Notes: generated from the letters alone by a model not told the origin. 62,942 nt of DNA, filler included, from Rhabdomonas costata (GCA_019059605.1; 53 parts of 53 records of this genome joined end to end with filler, not necessarily neighbours in it), one strand, 5' to 3'; shown: positions 12,255 to 25,379, counted from the first letter of the whole stretch. Program-made: numbers and translations.

Positions 12255-14647
12255 CTAAAAAAGCAAAAGGTGGGTTGACTGGTGAAGAGTTCTGTAAGCG
12301 CGTCTTTGAATTGGAACCAGTGCTTATTGCGATGCAAGGCTTAGCCCCGCAGCGATAAAAATCGTCGCAGATCACAAACCAAAGCTGGTCGTCTCTGCCG
12401 CATGAAATTTAGAATATGCTCATCTCTTTCACCTGCGTTGCTCGATTTATAATGCCACTCTTTTATGACAAATTTATTGCTGCGCAGGCCTAAGATCGGG
12501 TGGTGTCCCAGTGGGTGGACATCGCCTCCGTATTCGTGACCCAGTACGTTCCAGTATGTATGCTCCCCGTTGGTAGATGCGTCCCAGTGCGTGCGTGCGT
12601 CCTTGAGAGTCCGCATTTCCCCGAGGAAGGCTCTTTCCACCCCGCGTCCCTGAGAGTATGACGTGAATCACACGGTAATCGTGTATTATTCTATCATTGT
12701 GGTTTTCTGAAGCAACCCCCCCCCTTGCCCTGCTCATCCCCTCTACATCTCTCTGCAGTCCTTCTCCCGACAACCGAATCCAAGGAACTGGACGCAGATT
12801 AATGTGAGATGTATCTACTCGGACCTGGAGTAGCACTAGCAGGATAAAACACCAGGCCCTGCGGCCCAGAGGCAGTGTCCGTCGCCACGCCATGCGTGGC
12901 GGTCGTCAGAGGTATGGGGTGGGAGGGGGGCTGTTGCCTTTGTGAAAGCGAGAGAAAGAGAAAGAGAGAGAAGAACACGGATGAAAAAACAAANNNNNNN
13001 NNNNNNNNNNNNNNNNNNNNNNNNNNNNNNNNNNNNNTTAATTAATTAANNNNNNNNNNNNNNNNNNNNNNNNNNNNNNNNNNNNNNNNNNNNTGTGGTG
13101 TGGCTGGGGACATGCGGCTTAATGTGCGCGTGCTTGTGTTCGTTTGTGTGTGTGTGCGTGGCTCCCTAGCACGCCACTCTCATCACACTTCTCCTCTCTC
13201 CCTTCCCTAAATGGAGCCAAAGCCGATGAGTTTCTCTTTGCTTGTTTCTTTTTGCGCGCCTACACTTCCCGTTTAATTGGCTATCATCACTGTCCTTTGC
13301 TTTTTCCACCCGAGACAATCTGTGTACAATTTTGGTGTGTGTCTCTTGTGGGTCCCTTGCGAAGATTGTCGTGTTTATCCGTGGTGGTCACCAATTGCGG
13401 ATGAGTCCAGGGTATTGGAAACCCCAGTCTTTTTTTCTCTTCCTAATCCGATCAAGGCAAGGGTGTTCAGTCCCGCCCCCTGCTGGCACTCTCATGCCTT
13501 CTGCTGCACACAAGGAGGATTCCGCATATTCCAGCCGGCATTCCCTTTGTTCAGCTGTTGAACTCTGTTCCTCTTGCCGCGTTCACGTCTCCTCCTTGCC
13601 CTTGTTAATTCTTTTTTCCATTCCCACATTCCCAGAGATACATACTTTGGGGAGCGCTTTCTCCCTCTCCCTTTTTCTGAGATGGGAAAGGGGAGCCCCC
13701 CCTCCCTTATGCCTACATCATTGCTTGCTAATCATTGCTGATCGCCAGATGCTGTACAACTTGCCTCTTCTGCTCGCCGTTCCAATTCGTGTGCGCCCCT
13801 TGTCTGACCTATCAGGGAGCTATGAAAAGTATGCGCTGATTGCTGCGGATGTCAGATCGAATTTGCTCGAGAATGCATCCCTCGATTACGATTTAGGAAC
13901 GATTTAGAAAGTACGGGAGAGCCTTTAGCTGCCTCTCTGGATTGTCAATACGACCCTGTTTCAATGTTGCGCAGCTAGTCCTGCTCCCATGCTTTCGCTC
14001 GGGCTCCTGCTCAACTCTGTGTCAGTGTTTTACTTCCTCCCGTCCCCCTTCTTTCTCGGTCGTGGTGGTTCTTGCTGTGCAGCTTTGTTTTAGCCCCCAC
14101 AAGGTGACTAACTTTTGTTCCCGTGGCAGTGGCAAGAATGGACTCCTCTTGCGACCCATCGCCCCGCAACGGGCACTCACACANNNNNNNNNNNNNNNNN
14201 NNNNNNNNNNNNNNNNNNNNNNNNNNNTTAATTAATTAANNNNNNNNNNNNNNNNNNNNNNNNNNNNNNNNNNNNNNNNNNNNGTTTGTTGGTGCGCTGC
14301 CCGAGGAACAAATGTTGGCTCGCCAGTTATAGGCACAGTGGATGCAAGATCCAGCGGACGTCCCCCCATTCAGGTTCAAGATTCCTTAATCAGCAGTCCA
14401 GCCTATTTCTATGCATAATCCAGTGATGGAGGAGAAGGGGGAGGGCGTTCAGTCATGGCCATCAGGAACGATAGAGTGCAAAGGCATCCAAATTTCGGGT
14501 TTTTCCTCGTTTTCATGGGCGACTTCTATCAGACAACTGCGGATGACAAAACAATTGCCCAAAGCGAGCAGGGCCTCCGAAGCCCTATTTAGAAACAGGA
14601 AACAATGGTGCTTATCTCATGAAGGCAAAGCGAGCAGTGGGGACTAC

Positions 14648-14751
14648 CTATGATCGTGATATCGGCCTCTGAAAGGTATTCGGACTTGTAGGGGACCTCG
14701 AAAATCTTGCTGAGAGGATGGTAAGGCTCGATCAGAGTGTCTGCTGAGGTC
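14648..14751 (-). CDS. Probable next exon of the USP7-like gene
   Basis: CCCAG| acceptor phase-compatible with the upstream CG| donor; TSADTLIEPYHPLSKIFEVPYKSEYLSEADITII, then G|GTAGT. Confidence 0.4.
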
Positions 14752-15237
14752 CTGGGAGGTTTGCATAAAAGGATAAGCGATTTTGCTGCAACCGAGCGTT
14801 TCACAGGGAAATTTTTGGATACAATGGGGAGCTGTGCGGCCTCCATGGTGCCGGTATGCAGGCAGCGATTCCAGGAGTGACTTCTTTTGATAGTACTCCG
14901 GTTCTTCCGCCTCCTTCCCATACTTGGGCCAAAATCTTGCGGAGAAGCGGCGAATAAGAACCGGGGAGCCGACGAGAAAGAGGCAGGCGCCATAAATTGC
15001 ACATCCAAAATCCTCCAAAATCCCAGAGAGCGAATCCGAGGGCATGCCGCATTTGTCATGGTTCTTCACAGGTAGGATTTTCCCGCTGTTTGCAACCCAC
15101 GCGCATATTTTCCTTCAATCAGACGTCGTTCCTTGTCTCACACCGGAATTTCCAGATTGCCAGACTCCAAACGCCATCCTTTTGTGCGTGTGGAGGAACA
15201 GTTTCGAGGTTTCTCGGATAAGAGGGAAGGTGCTCAC

Positions 15238-15368
15238 CGGAGAACAGGGTACATTGGGCGGTAGGTGCCGTTCTTTCGGCGATTCCACAGCCACAGCCTC
15301 TGGAGGTGAGGCAGCTGGTTACTGGTGTTCTCCGAAACGAGCTTCTGGAAGACATCCCACTTCGTGTT
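15238..15368 (-). CDS. USP7/UBP12-like deubiquitinase, UBL-region exon
   Basis: cag|NTKWDVFQKLVSENTSNQLPHLQRLWLWNRRKNGTYRPMYPVL..|GTGAG; resembles the QRFW.W..RQN.TYRP motif of the USP7 family. Not in the ORF track. Confidence 0.65.
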
Positions 15369-15624
15369 CTGTGNNNNNNNNNNNNNNNNNNNNNNNNNNN
15401 NNNNNNNNNNNNNNNNNTTAATTAATTAANNNNNNNNNNNNNNNNNNNNNNNNNNNNNNNNNNNNNNNNNNNNGGTGGTGTTGGATAGCTGGTGGAGATG
15501 TTCTGCCATGAAGCCCATGCGGAGTTGGCAGGGGGCCGTGCGGAGCAGCCCCCGCGGATTCCCGTGCGGAGCGGGGTCAGCTGCAAAGTCAACGGTGACG
15601 ACGCAGACAAGCTGATACACTCGA

Positions 15625-16055
15625 CTCGTCCCGGGCACCGCACCCGGACCGTATGGGCTCAGGGCAGAACATCTCCACCAGCTATCCAACAGCACCCTGG
15701 GAAACATCCAGGACAATATCGTGAGACTTGTCGCTCAGTTTATTGCAAATGCCGCGGGCGGTCACTGGCCCGCAGAGCTCGCGAAATGGTTTGGAGCTGG
15801 CCGTCCGGCACCGCTGCGAAAGAATGAGAGGGCATCCGGCCCACTGTTGAGCTCGAGACACTTCACTCGCTTGTGTCACACTTTGTGCTTCATCAAGCCT
15901 AGGGAGCAATTCATTCTCACATTCTCATTCTCACATTCTCACCGATAATCAGCTAGGCTTCACGCCGGGTATAATGGAGCCCAGACAGCGAATGGGCCAA
16001 CGACCTCCATACCACTATGCTGTGCAAGGTGGATCTTCGCAACGCCTTCAACCAA
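15625..16055 (+). mobile_element. Degenerate CRE/SLACS-clade non-LTR retrotransposon reverse transcriptase
   Basis: GTAPGPYGLRAEHL..AAGGHWPAELAKWFGAGRPAPLRK / frameshift / GIRPTVELETLHSLVS..QLG.. / MLCKVDLRNAFNQ: ordered N-terminal RT blocks typical of CRE elements. Confidence 0.8.
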
Positions 16056-16664
16056 CCTTGTTTTGTCCCCGGCTGCGAGAGATGAAGTCCCGAGGGGGTC
16101 CGCCGACCGCAAGTTAAGCCTGGGAAGTGTCAAGCGGTACATCCAGGCTCATTAGCAAATATCCAGAAGGTCCGGTTCGAGTCCCTGGGTCAAACTTTCC
16201 GAAACTTCATATTTGATTTGTTTCTCTCCGCGAAGCCAAAACAAGTGGTTTGGCCCCTCCAAAGACACGTTTTGCCGAAGAGTATCGCCTTATCCACTTA
16301 GCAAAAGCCGTTGATCACACTTTCTGGCCAGAAGAGCTTTGAAAGCCGAAAAGGTACCAAGTGTCAAGAGGCTGCCTGTGCATAACGTTTAAGTAGTCAA
16401 GTAGAGGCGGGAAGAGATTACCGCCCCACCCACGCTCCTCCTCTGCATTCGGGATTCGGGGTCCTGCGGTGGGAAAAGGCACCTTAGGAGCCTCGGCAAC
16501 ACCACTTCACACCACCAAATGCCAAAACGTGGGTTTGCAAAGGCCGTTTTAGGGCTGCTTTTGGNNNNNNNNNNNNNNNNNNNNNNNNNNNNNNNNNNNN
16601 NNNNNNNNTTAATTAATTAANNNNNNNNNNNNNNNNNNNNNNNNNNNNNNNNNNNNNNNNNNNN

Positions 16665-17754
16665 GGTGGTGTTGTGATCCGAAGGAGACATCTCCTTGAG
16701 GGTCATAGGGGGACACTCGCCTAAGATATGGAAGGAATCCACCGAGTCCGAGCATTGCACAGAGCTTTGCGAGTGAAGCGTGGTAGTAGATGAGTTTTCA
16801 GAGGAGTCCTTTGATGATTTAGCAAAGACAGCGGTGAGCAGCATTCGGAGAGGGGAAGGAAGTACCCCGGTCCCGCTGTTCGTGTTGTCATTCCAGAGAG
16901 ACGCGAGAGAGTGGTTTGGGTTCGTGGGAGATTTGCCAGACCCTCCCACCACTCAGCCACTAATGTTATTGCCGTTGTGGATTGGGAACACCCAAGTTAT
17001 GGAGTTATTGGATTCCGGAGCTTCAGATTCGTTTATAAGTCAGGAGTTTGTACAGAGATTCCGTTTGCAGAGGTACACGTTGAAGCAGAAGCTTACAGTG
17101 AGGGTTGCGAACGTGGAAGGACTTCCCGTGACGCACTTCGTCCGAGTTGTCGGAAGGTTTGTTACCATGCCGATCAAATTGTTAATGAGAGTGATCAAGA
17201 CTGCAATCCCAGTGGTGCTGGGCTATCCGTTTCTAACGACGCTGCAACCGCAGATTAATTGTAAATCAGAAAGGTGTGGAGAGGAGGAAGAATGTACAAC
17301 ATCCAGGCGCTTCCAGTGGTAGATTCATTTCGAATCACATGCCCCACCACAGAAATGTTAGAGGCAGAGCAAGGGAAAGTTGCCCAGGTGAAACCGTTGA
17401 CTGCTACACCACACAACGTTCAGAGGTCGTTACCCCCCAAGCTCACAATAGCATGGGAGGGGGAGGCGACGTCCAGAGCAGTCCCAACTTCCAGAGTGTT
17501 GGAGTCTTGTTGGAGACCATTCCTCACGGTGCAGAAACAAATACACAGTCCCATACACAGATCGTGGTTTCTGCACTGGAGGTGGAAGAGGTTGTTCCAA
17601 CCAAGCAAAACCAGCGAGCCATTGCTACGGATCAGGAGCCTAAGTGGAAAGTCAAAAGAAAGTTGCGAGATTCGCCTCGAAAGGAGGTAGAAAAGTTGAT
17701 CAAAGAGGTGGACCACAGCATTTGTGGCCCCCCTTGTGCGGTGTTACCAACACA
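16665..17754 (+). mobile_element. Ty3/gypsy LTR retrotransposon pol fragment (aspartic protease), copy 1, frameshifted
   Basis: LLDSGASDSFIS..LTVRVANVEG..VVLGYPFLTTLQPQIN; colinear with 19044-20133. Confidence 0.88.
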
Positions 17755-18331
17755 NNNNNNNNNNNNNNNNNNNNNNNNNNNNNNNNNNNNNNNNNNNNTT
17801 AATTAATTAANNNNNNNNNNNNNNNNNNNNNNNNNNNNNNNNNNNNNNNNNNNNGCGAGGAGTATGCCGCAGCGAAGAACTCCCCTCATGTTCTCCCTGC
17901 TACGTAAAAGTGCAGCGATCGCACTCAGGAATTTGCAAGGGTTACTTCGAGGGTCCGGTGAGAGGTTCGATGAATTTTTTTTGGCGTGGGTGGGTCCTAA
18001 ACCTCTCTGAGGTACGAAACCAGAACCTTCCCCTCATTGTTGATGCCCATGACCGCGAAACTGCCCCACAGGTGTCAGAAAACGTCCCTGCCCGCTTCGC
18101 ACCGCGGACTGGCCTCCGTACCTAAAATGAATAAACCTGTCTCACTCATCCGTCAAAAGCCCAAGAAAAAAGTGCCGTAACCTGCCAAAACAATTCACCA
18201 CCTACCCAGGAACGACATAGCAAGACCGAATTCCCAGTTTTCACCTCACTGCTTAACTTTACGTTCAGTCGTATAATAACGATCCGTTCACCAAAACGCA
18301 ACGTCATTTCCCCCTTTGCCTTCCCTTTCAG

Positions 18332-18732
18332 GCTGGGAGATGAGGGGGAAGATTTGGAAGGCGGCGAGGACGAAGAAGACGAGGAGGTGTGCTGCACCTC
18401 TCTCGGCACCTCCGATATCCTCCTCTTTCCACGGTGACCTGATAAATCTAATTTTCTTTCTCAGTTTTCTCAGCTGCCGCTCACTTTGGTTGCTCTTCGG
18501 CTGATTTATCACGGGATCACGGGGCTATGTTATCATGTGTGGGAAGGAGCGGGGATTCCTGTGTGCCGCGCTCAGTCCGATGCTATCGTGGAGGACGGGT
18601 ACCTTTCTGAGGACGAGGGGCTGTTCCGAAGCGATGACGAGGCCGGCGATGCGGGAGGGACGGCCCCCGCTGCAGCGGACGGAGACCAGCCTCCATGCGG
18701 AGGAGAGGCGGAAACTCTTCCCGCACGCAAGG
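18332..18732 (+). CDS. Chromatin assembly factor 1 subunit A (p150), acidic region; exons 18332-18386 and 18576-18732
   Basis: Spliced LGDEGEDLEGGEDEEDEE|SDAIVEDGYLSEDEGL; V.DGYLSEDEG is the CAF-1 p150/FAS1 signature; AG/GT borders in phase. Confidence 0.75.
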
Positions 18733-19043
18733 GTGTGTGATGTGTGTGTGTGTGTGTGTTGCTCGATGCTGCTGGGACGCAGCGTATCATCGTTGGGGAG
18801 GACGGAACTCCAGCAATGGGAACTGGGTCGCTTCAGGGGCGGATTTCTTCTGAAAAAAGCTGATGATGCCGTGCCCGTATAATACGGAAACCCGATTCGT
18901 TGATTAGCTTCGAGCTTCGCGGACTTGGGGTCTCCACACCACANNNNNNNNNNNNNNNNNNNNNNNNNNNNNNNNNNNNNNNNNNNNTTAATTAATTAAN
19001 NNNNNNNNNNNNNNNNNNNNNNNNNNNNNNNNNNNNNNNNNNN

Positions 19044-20133
19044 GTTGGTGGGGGGGTATGGCCCTTCCAAAGGTAAGTTCTAGAGTGAACGGTCTGACTC
19101 TTGTAATATAAAGCGTTGCTTTGTGAATGGAGTGTTGTGACAGAAGAGATTGCGGAGAATGCTTCATTGGAAGAGTGGTTAGAAGAACGGCAGGAGGTAG
19201 CCGTCAGCAGCATCCGTCGTGGCAAGGGAAGTTGCTCGGTACCGCTTTTCGTGCTGCCCTTCCAAAAAGTGGGCAAGGAAGGGGGTGGGTTTGTCTGGAC
19301 TCCCCCCGAACCTCCACTCCCTCAGCCGCTATTGTTTCTGCCGTTGTGGATTGGGAAGATCCAAGTGAGAGCTCTGTTGGACTCAGGAGCTTGGGACTCA
19401 TTTATAAGTAAAGAGGTGGTGCAACGTTTGAGGCTGCAGCTGTACCCGCTTCGGCAGAAGCTCACAGTGAGAGTGGCCAATGGGGAAGGCCTCCTGTGAC
19501 TCATTTCGTGAATATCGTGGGAATGTTGGGTGCAATGCCGGTAAAGCTTTACTTGAGAGTGATAAAGACGGCGATCCCGGTGGTACTGGGATACCCGTTC
19601 TTGACTAGGCTACAACCCCAGATTGATTGGAAACGCCGTTTTGTTAAAGTATGGAGAAGCTGACGGATATATGAGATTCAGGCGTTACCAGCTATAGATT
19701 CCTTCCGCATCACTTGTCCCACTACGGGAATGTTGGAGGCGAAGCAAGACAGCGGACAGGCCAGCGACAGGCCCCCCGATCAGCCCCAGTTTCCTTTGGT
19801 GAGCGCGCCCCCTGGCAAGCTCAGCAGGGGAGGGGAGAGCACCCAAACCTGATATTTTTCAGCCAATTGTGGATAAATCGGCCGTGGTATCACCGGAGGC
19901 GGAAGAAGTCACGCCAACCAAGCAAGATCAGCTCGCAGTTGCCAGAACGTCGGAACCGAAGGGGAAGGTAAAGCGGAAGTTACGGAACTCGCCCAGGAAA
20001 GAGGTGGAGAAACTGATAAAGGAAGTGGACCACAGCATCTGTGGCCCCCCGTGTGAGGTTTTACCCACCCCGCCCGAGATTGAGAAGCTAAATCGGGAGT
20101 TTGCAAGAATTTTTCCAGCTTCAGTTCCCGGAG
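19044..20133 (+). mobile_element. Ty3/gypsy pol fragment (protease to start of RT), copy 2, degenerate
   Basis: ALLDSGAWDSFIS..VRVANGEG / frameshift / IPVVLGYPFLTRLQPQIDWK..EIEKLNREFARIFPASVPG (RT N-terminus). Confidence 0.88.
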
Positions 20134-23100
20134 NNNNNNNNNNNNNNNNNNNNNNNNNNNNNNNNNNNNNNNNNNNNTTAATTAATTAANNNNNNNNNNN
20201 NNNNNNNNNNNNNNNNNNNNNNNNNNNNNNNNNCGAACGGGTTTGAACTGAGTGCAAGATTCTGCAGAGTACATCACTCCGAGGCAACACCGGCAGCCTG
20301 GTATATCTCTCCTCGCCACTTTTCAACTGTTTCATCACCTCAAGAAGCAGGATAAATTCCAGCGTGTAACACTTCTTCTGGTGGAAGCTGCACCATAGAT
20401 TGTCTTTGCAAACGTTCCTCACTTCTCTATCTCAAAAGTTGCAATATCGTTCGCAACCACCGCATGTCAATCGGCCTTTTTCTTCGGTTTTCTTATCAGT
20501 GTGTCATCATGTACGCGAGGGTTGTATCTGCGGGGTGCGTTTCATAATCCCTTTCTGCTTTGCCGTCTTTTAACCACAGGAAAGGGCTGCCACTTTTCCT
20601 CTCCAAACAGTCCTCATTTCCTTGGTCTTCTAGCCCGATTGGTGGAGTGGTGGTACTCGAGAAAAGCAGTCGACAGTTAATCTAGGGGCTTAAGCACATC
20701 TAAAACTCACTCCAAACTTGGGACCAAAGGATTCAAGGATGCACCAGCAGGAAAAGCACGGATTCTTGGGGACTTTCCCTTTGAATTTGACGAGCAACCT
20801 CTCAGGTTTTTGTCTGAACAAACTTTAATTGCATACTCTGAGCACTCTGAACAATTTGAATGAACACTCGTGACACCAATCACATCTGGACCTGGGTGTT
20901 TACTAACCACACGTTCCTCACTGAGAAGCTAACCTGAGATAAAAACACGGTCTACCTTCGTCTCAACTCCAGGGTTATGGAGATTTCACAAAAACCAGAA
21001 GCTGTGCTGCACCTTAACCTTCACGCTTCTTCCGACATTACGACAACGCTGATTGCGGTCGTGGCAACCCCAAAGCCACAAAGCCCAAATAAAAAGCCCA
21101 AAACAGGGCCACCATCACAACCGCATTCGTTTATGTGCCCACAGCCCGACTCCAACCACACCTTACCCCCAAAAGCAAACATTTCACAGCTTTCACAGTT
21201 AGACAGCCCATGCGCCCCTGTTCCTTGAGCAAGGAACGAACTCCACAATGAAAAAAAGGCATGTACCCACAACCCTACCCTACCTACCACACTCACCGGA
21301 ACCCCAACCACGCCCACACACANNNNNNNNNNNNNNNNNNNNNNNNNNNNNNNNNNNNNNNNNNNNTTAATTAATTAANNNNNNNNNNNNNNNNNNNNNN
21401 NNNNNNNNNNNNNNNNNNNNNNGTTTGGTGTGTTTGGGGTGGGGGGTCGAGTTTCCATTTCACGCCTGACCGAAATAAGGAAACACAGCCATTAAAGTAG
21501 TATATACGAGGCACCAGCTCGTTCCGCCTGAAACGCCATCACGCAATGCTAAGAACCGATGGGAGAATGTTTCCTCCCATCCTAAAAACCTGGTCGCAAC
21601 GTTTCCAATACCTCACATGGACGAAATGCTTTTGATCTTTATCTCAATTTTCTTCTTTATCTTGAGCAATGGTTGCGGTGACAAGCACGACGAACAGCCA
21701 AAAGAGAACGAAACACGATACACAAAGCCAGCGCAAACAAAAGCAGGGTCATTTGTATACATCCCATGTGAGACGGCCTTAGCCAAGCGCAGCACGACAA
21801 TGACGACAATTCCCACCGACAGCTCCAGAGCTCAGAAAAGGAAAGCAAATGTAAGCGAACGAAGATTTGGAGGTGTAAACGGGAAACCAACAAACCGGAA
21901 CAAAAGGCAAGGGAATGAAACGGGAATCATCAACGGCCCTGGCACGCGGGGCCCATCCACTTCCGAAAGGTAAACCTCGCCGAACATCCCCTTACGACAC
22001 ACAGTATGGTGTCGTCCGAGAAAGGAAAATGAAGGACTGTGCGGGGGTTGCAACCGAAGGAAGGGAGAAATAACCCGGTCCAAGTGGATCAGTGGGCAGC
22101 GGCCTGAACGTAGACGTGGGTCTCAGGTCTGCCACGGTCCAGCCTTGGGTTGCTGATGTGGCGACACTCAGTGAGTCCACCCTAAAAATGTACCTCACAA
22201 AAGGTCATTCAATCTTCCCACAACTGTGGGCAGAAGCCCAAATAAGTGGCGCGCTAGGGGCATCATCGAAGGCACAAGGGGTTGCGTTGCCACCCGTCAG
22301 CAGGTATCTGAGGGGCTGAGCATTTCAGAGAGAAATGAGAGAAGAAGAGTAACGGAGGGGGTCGAGAGCGAAACCCAAGGCTTGCAAAGAAGCAGGGTGC
22401 AGCGTCTCAGTATGCCCCTCGCGGGCAATAGTGCGGGCACAGACAAGCGTCCTGCACACGCAAGCAAGAGCCACCTCACACAAAAGCAATGTTTCTATGC
22501 AAAAACAAAACANNNNNNNNNNNNNNNNNNNNNNNNNNNNNNNNNNNNNNNNNNNNTTAATTAATTAANNNNNNNNNNNNNNNNNNNNNNNNNNNNNNNN
22601 NNNNNNNNNNNNGTTTGTTTTTCGCGTGGAGAATTGGCTTTTTTGCGAGCATGCCGGGGGGTGGCGACGATGAACAGAACAGCAGCACCTTGATGGCGCT
22701 TGGCGGTTGCATTTTTTTTCGCCTTTGCGGTCCAGACTCAATTTGACAAACAATTGCCTGTCCCTCGAATACAGCTCCCCCATCCAAAACAGGTGTGAGA
22801 AGGAACCCAGAAGGAAACGAAACAACGTCAGGTTTGTCACAAAGGTCGTCCGTCTCTATGAAGCATACGGGGGAGGAACCAAGTTGGCAGCGAACTCTCA
22901 GACAGTCAAAGTTCCAGGGCAAAGGGAATCACAGCTTCAACACGTGAAAGTTCCTGCCGTGCACGCCTGAGTGCGGCTACGATGGCAGTGTCAACTTCTT
23001 CCCGTAGATCACTCTGGAGAAGGATGGAAAAGGAGGAGGTATGAGGCCGTGGTGACCCTGAAACTACATGTGCTCTGCCTGAATCATAATAATATTTGGT

Positions 23101-23272
23101 CAAATTTCACCCAGCCATTCTTCTGCTATCTCTGTTCTGGTGAAAAAAGGAAACTGTCTTTCAAGGAGGTGGGGTGAGCGGTGCTGCATTTCAATAACCA
23201 GTGGGGTGGGGACTCATTCTCCAGTGCCCAAAACGAAAATTACCAGGCAAAAAGAAAAAAGGGGTGCGGTAC

Positions 23273-23408
23273 TTTGTGAGATAGTGGTAAAAGAAGTCCG
23301 CGTACAGCAGCGTCTGAACAGTGCCGGACGCCCACGAGATCCAGTTGGACTTCCGCTCCAGGTAGAATCTCCAGCCCCAGTTCAGAATGTAGAAGAACCG
23401 ATAGCCCC
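23273..23408 (-). CDS. ERD2: ER lumen protein-retaining (KDEL) receptor, C-terminal exon
   Basis: ag|GYRFFYILNWGWRFYLERKSNWISWASGTVQTLLYADFFYHYLT|gt; YR..YILNW..R and VQT.LY.DFFY.Y are ERD2 motifs. Not in the ORF track. Confidence 0.92.
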
Positions 23409-23877
23409 CTTAGAAGAGTCAGCCGTCATGATACGCAACGAGGTCAAGAAATCAAGCACAAATGCCCAACCTGACTAACCGTTTACACATCCTCCGCAAC
23501 GAACCAACCATCAACGAGCCAATGAAAGGGATGGACAATCCATCTCAAAAGGAAAGGTACCACAGATGCTCTGAAAAAGGCATCCAATTGCAGGAACTCA
23601 CACCCCGAGCACCGTATCCCCCTACTGCTCCCTAAACAACACTGGAAGAAGCCAAAACAAGTGCATATCGGGGTTAAGCTGAAACTCGACCCCCCCCCCC
23701 CTNNNNNNNNNNNNNNNNNNNNNNNNNNNNNNNNNNNNNNNNNNNNTTAATTAATTAANNNNNNNNNNNNNNNNNNNNNNNNNNNNNNNNNNNNNNNNNN
23801 NNGGTTGGTGGTAGTATTAGCGCCAAGGTCTTCTATAGCAGCCTTCATAGAGGGAACACCACCTGGTTGGCACAATT

Positions 23878-24261
23878 GTGGATATTAAAGGAGTTCGTTT
23901 GTGCCAACCAGGTGGTGTTACCTCTATGAAGGCTGCTATAGAAGACCTTGGCGCTAATACTACCACTACCGCGAGACTCAGGGAATTCGAGCAGAGAGCA
24001 GAATGGCCTGCCACGACGGCTCCTCAGGAGGAACAACCAGGTGGTGTTCCCTCTATGAAGGCTGCTGTAAAACTCGCCTCTGACTCATCCGGCATTGCCC
24101 CTAGTGCGTCTGGACATTCTAAGGCTCAGAGCTCGGAGGATTTAGGAATCAGATGTGGTACTATGGTCCTTGTAAGCGTGCTTGTAGCCGTGGTCACAGG
24201 CCTCGCGTACAAACTTAAGGCGCGGAAAGGACCCGCCCATCATAATCAGGCGCCGCTTTGA
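23878..24261 (+). CDS. Possible repeat-containing single-pass membrane protein fragment
   Basis: QPGGV(T/P)SMKAA occurs twice; hydrophobic MVLVSVLVAVVTGLAY followed by KLKARK. The contig start is a fold-back. Confidence 0.3.
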   Translation: MDIKGVRLCQPGGVTSMKAAIEDLGANTTTTARLREFEQRAEWPATTAPQEEQPGGVPSMKAAVKLASDSSGIAPSASGHSKAQSSEDLGIRCGTMVLVSVLVAVVTGLAYKLKARKGPAHHNQAPL

Positions 24262-25379
24262 TCCCGAAAGCTGAGTACATCATCCACAAGGCCTATAAGT
24301 TCCACCTGGAGGCGCAGGATGATGCTACAAAAGCTTTTTGGGCGACATGCAAGAAGGTGCAATACTCTATGGACTTCGTTTGCAATGCTTTTATGTGGGA
24401 CGCCTCCACGCCACTTGGTAGGGCTCGAGCCGCACACAGGTAATGTGATATAGGGCCACATCATCTTGGCATAAATGTCTACGAAGAATGATTGGTGCCC
24501 AACTAAGGAGATAGGTCTTGCGACCTGATTCCTTAGACCTTGCTTTTGGTGCTTCATGCAAGCGGAAAGGCTTGTGTGTGCCGGGTGCTTGTGGGGATCC
24601 ATAAATTTGGCCGGCTTTGCGGCCCTCTATGCTAGTTCGTCATCTGTTGCCTCGGTGAGGCTACGTTTTCTTCGACATAGTGATAGGCGTCTGCTTGTCT
24701 ACACTCAACTATATTGTACGCTGTGCTCGATGCTCCCAAGCAGTGGGCGGAGCTGTCGTTTCATACTTCTCTACGTTCTTCCCATTCATGCCGACCAATG
24801 TTCAGCGTGTTTGTGAACTCTTCTGGTACTGCGTCTGGATGGCTGACGCTAAGTAGAAGGAAGATTTAGAGCTGTTTTAGATGCGTTTTCTANNNNNNNN
24901 NNNNNNNNNNNNNNNNNNNNNNNNNNNNNNNNNNNNTTAATTAATTAANNNNNNNNNNNNNNNNNNNNNNNNNNNNNNNNNNNNNNNNNNNNGGGGTTGT
25001 TGTCCGCCTCGTGCTGGCGGAGCGACTCTTGGAAGAGCGGAGGGGTGTCCCCGAACATCACCACAAAGTCTAAGGAGTGCAGAGATCGGTGACCATAGAG
25101 AGAGTCGCATCGAACACATCCCTGAGAACTCGATCGAAGGATTGCGAAGTACCAATTCGCTGAATGTGGGAATGTATCCGTTATGCTTTTTTAATCCGTT
25201 ATACAGTTTTGGTTTGAGCAGAGAGAATTCTTCTTGAATCAAGTCCGATGCACATGTTCATGTTAATGTCTGGCCTAAGGTGTGGGCACCGCCATCCCGA
25301 CATTCAGGTGGTCCCGAAAAGCACAGGCTTTGCGTTCCGCAATTTTTCACCCCTTTTCAATGGCTTTCGTTTCGCGCAC

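Noticed and set aside
16110-16195. Functional tRNA gene
   Set aside because: The T stem is imperfect and no acceptor or anticodon stems fit; kept only as a low-interest relic.
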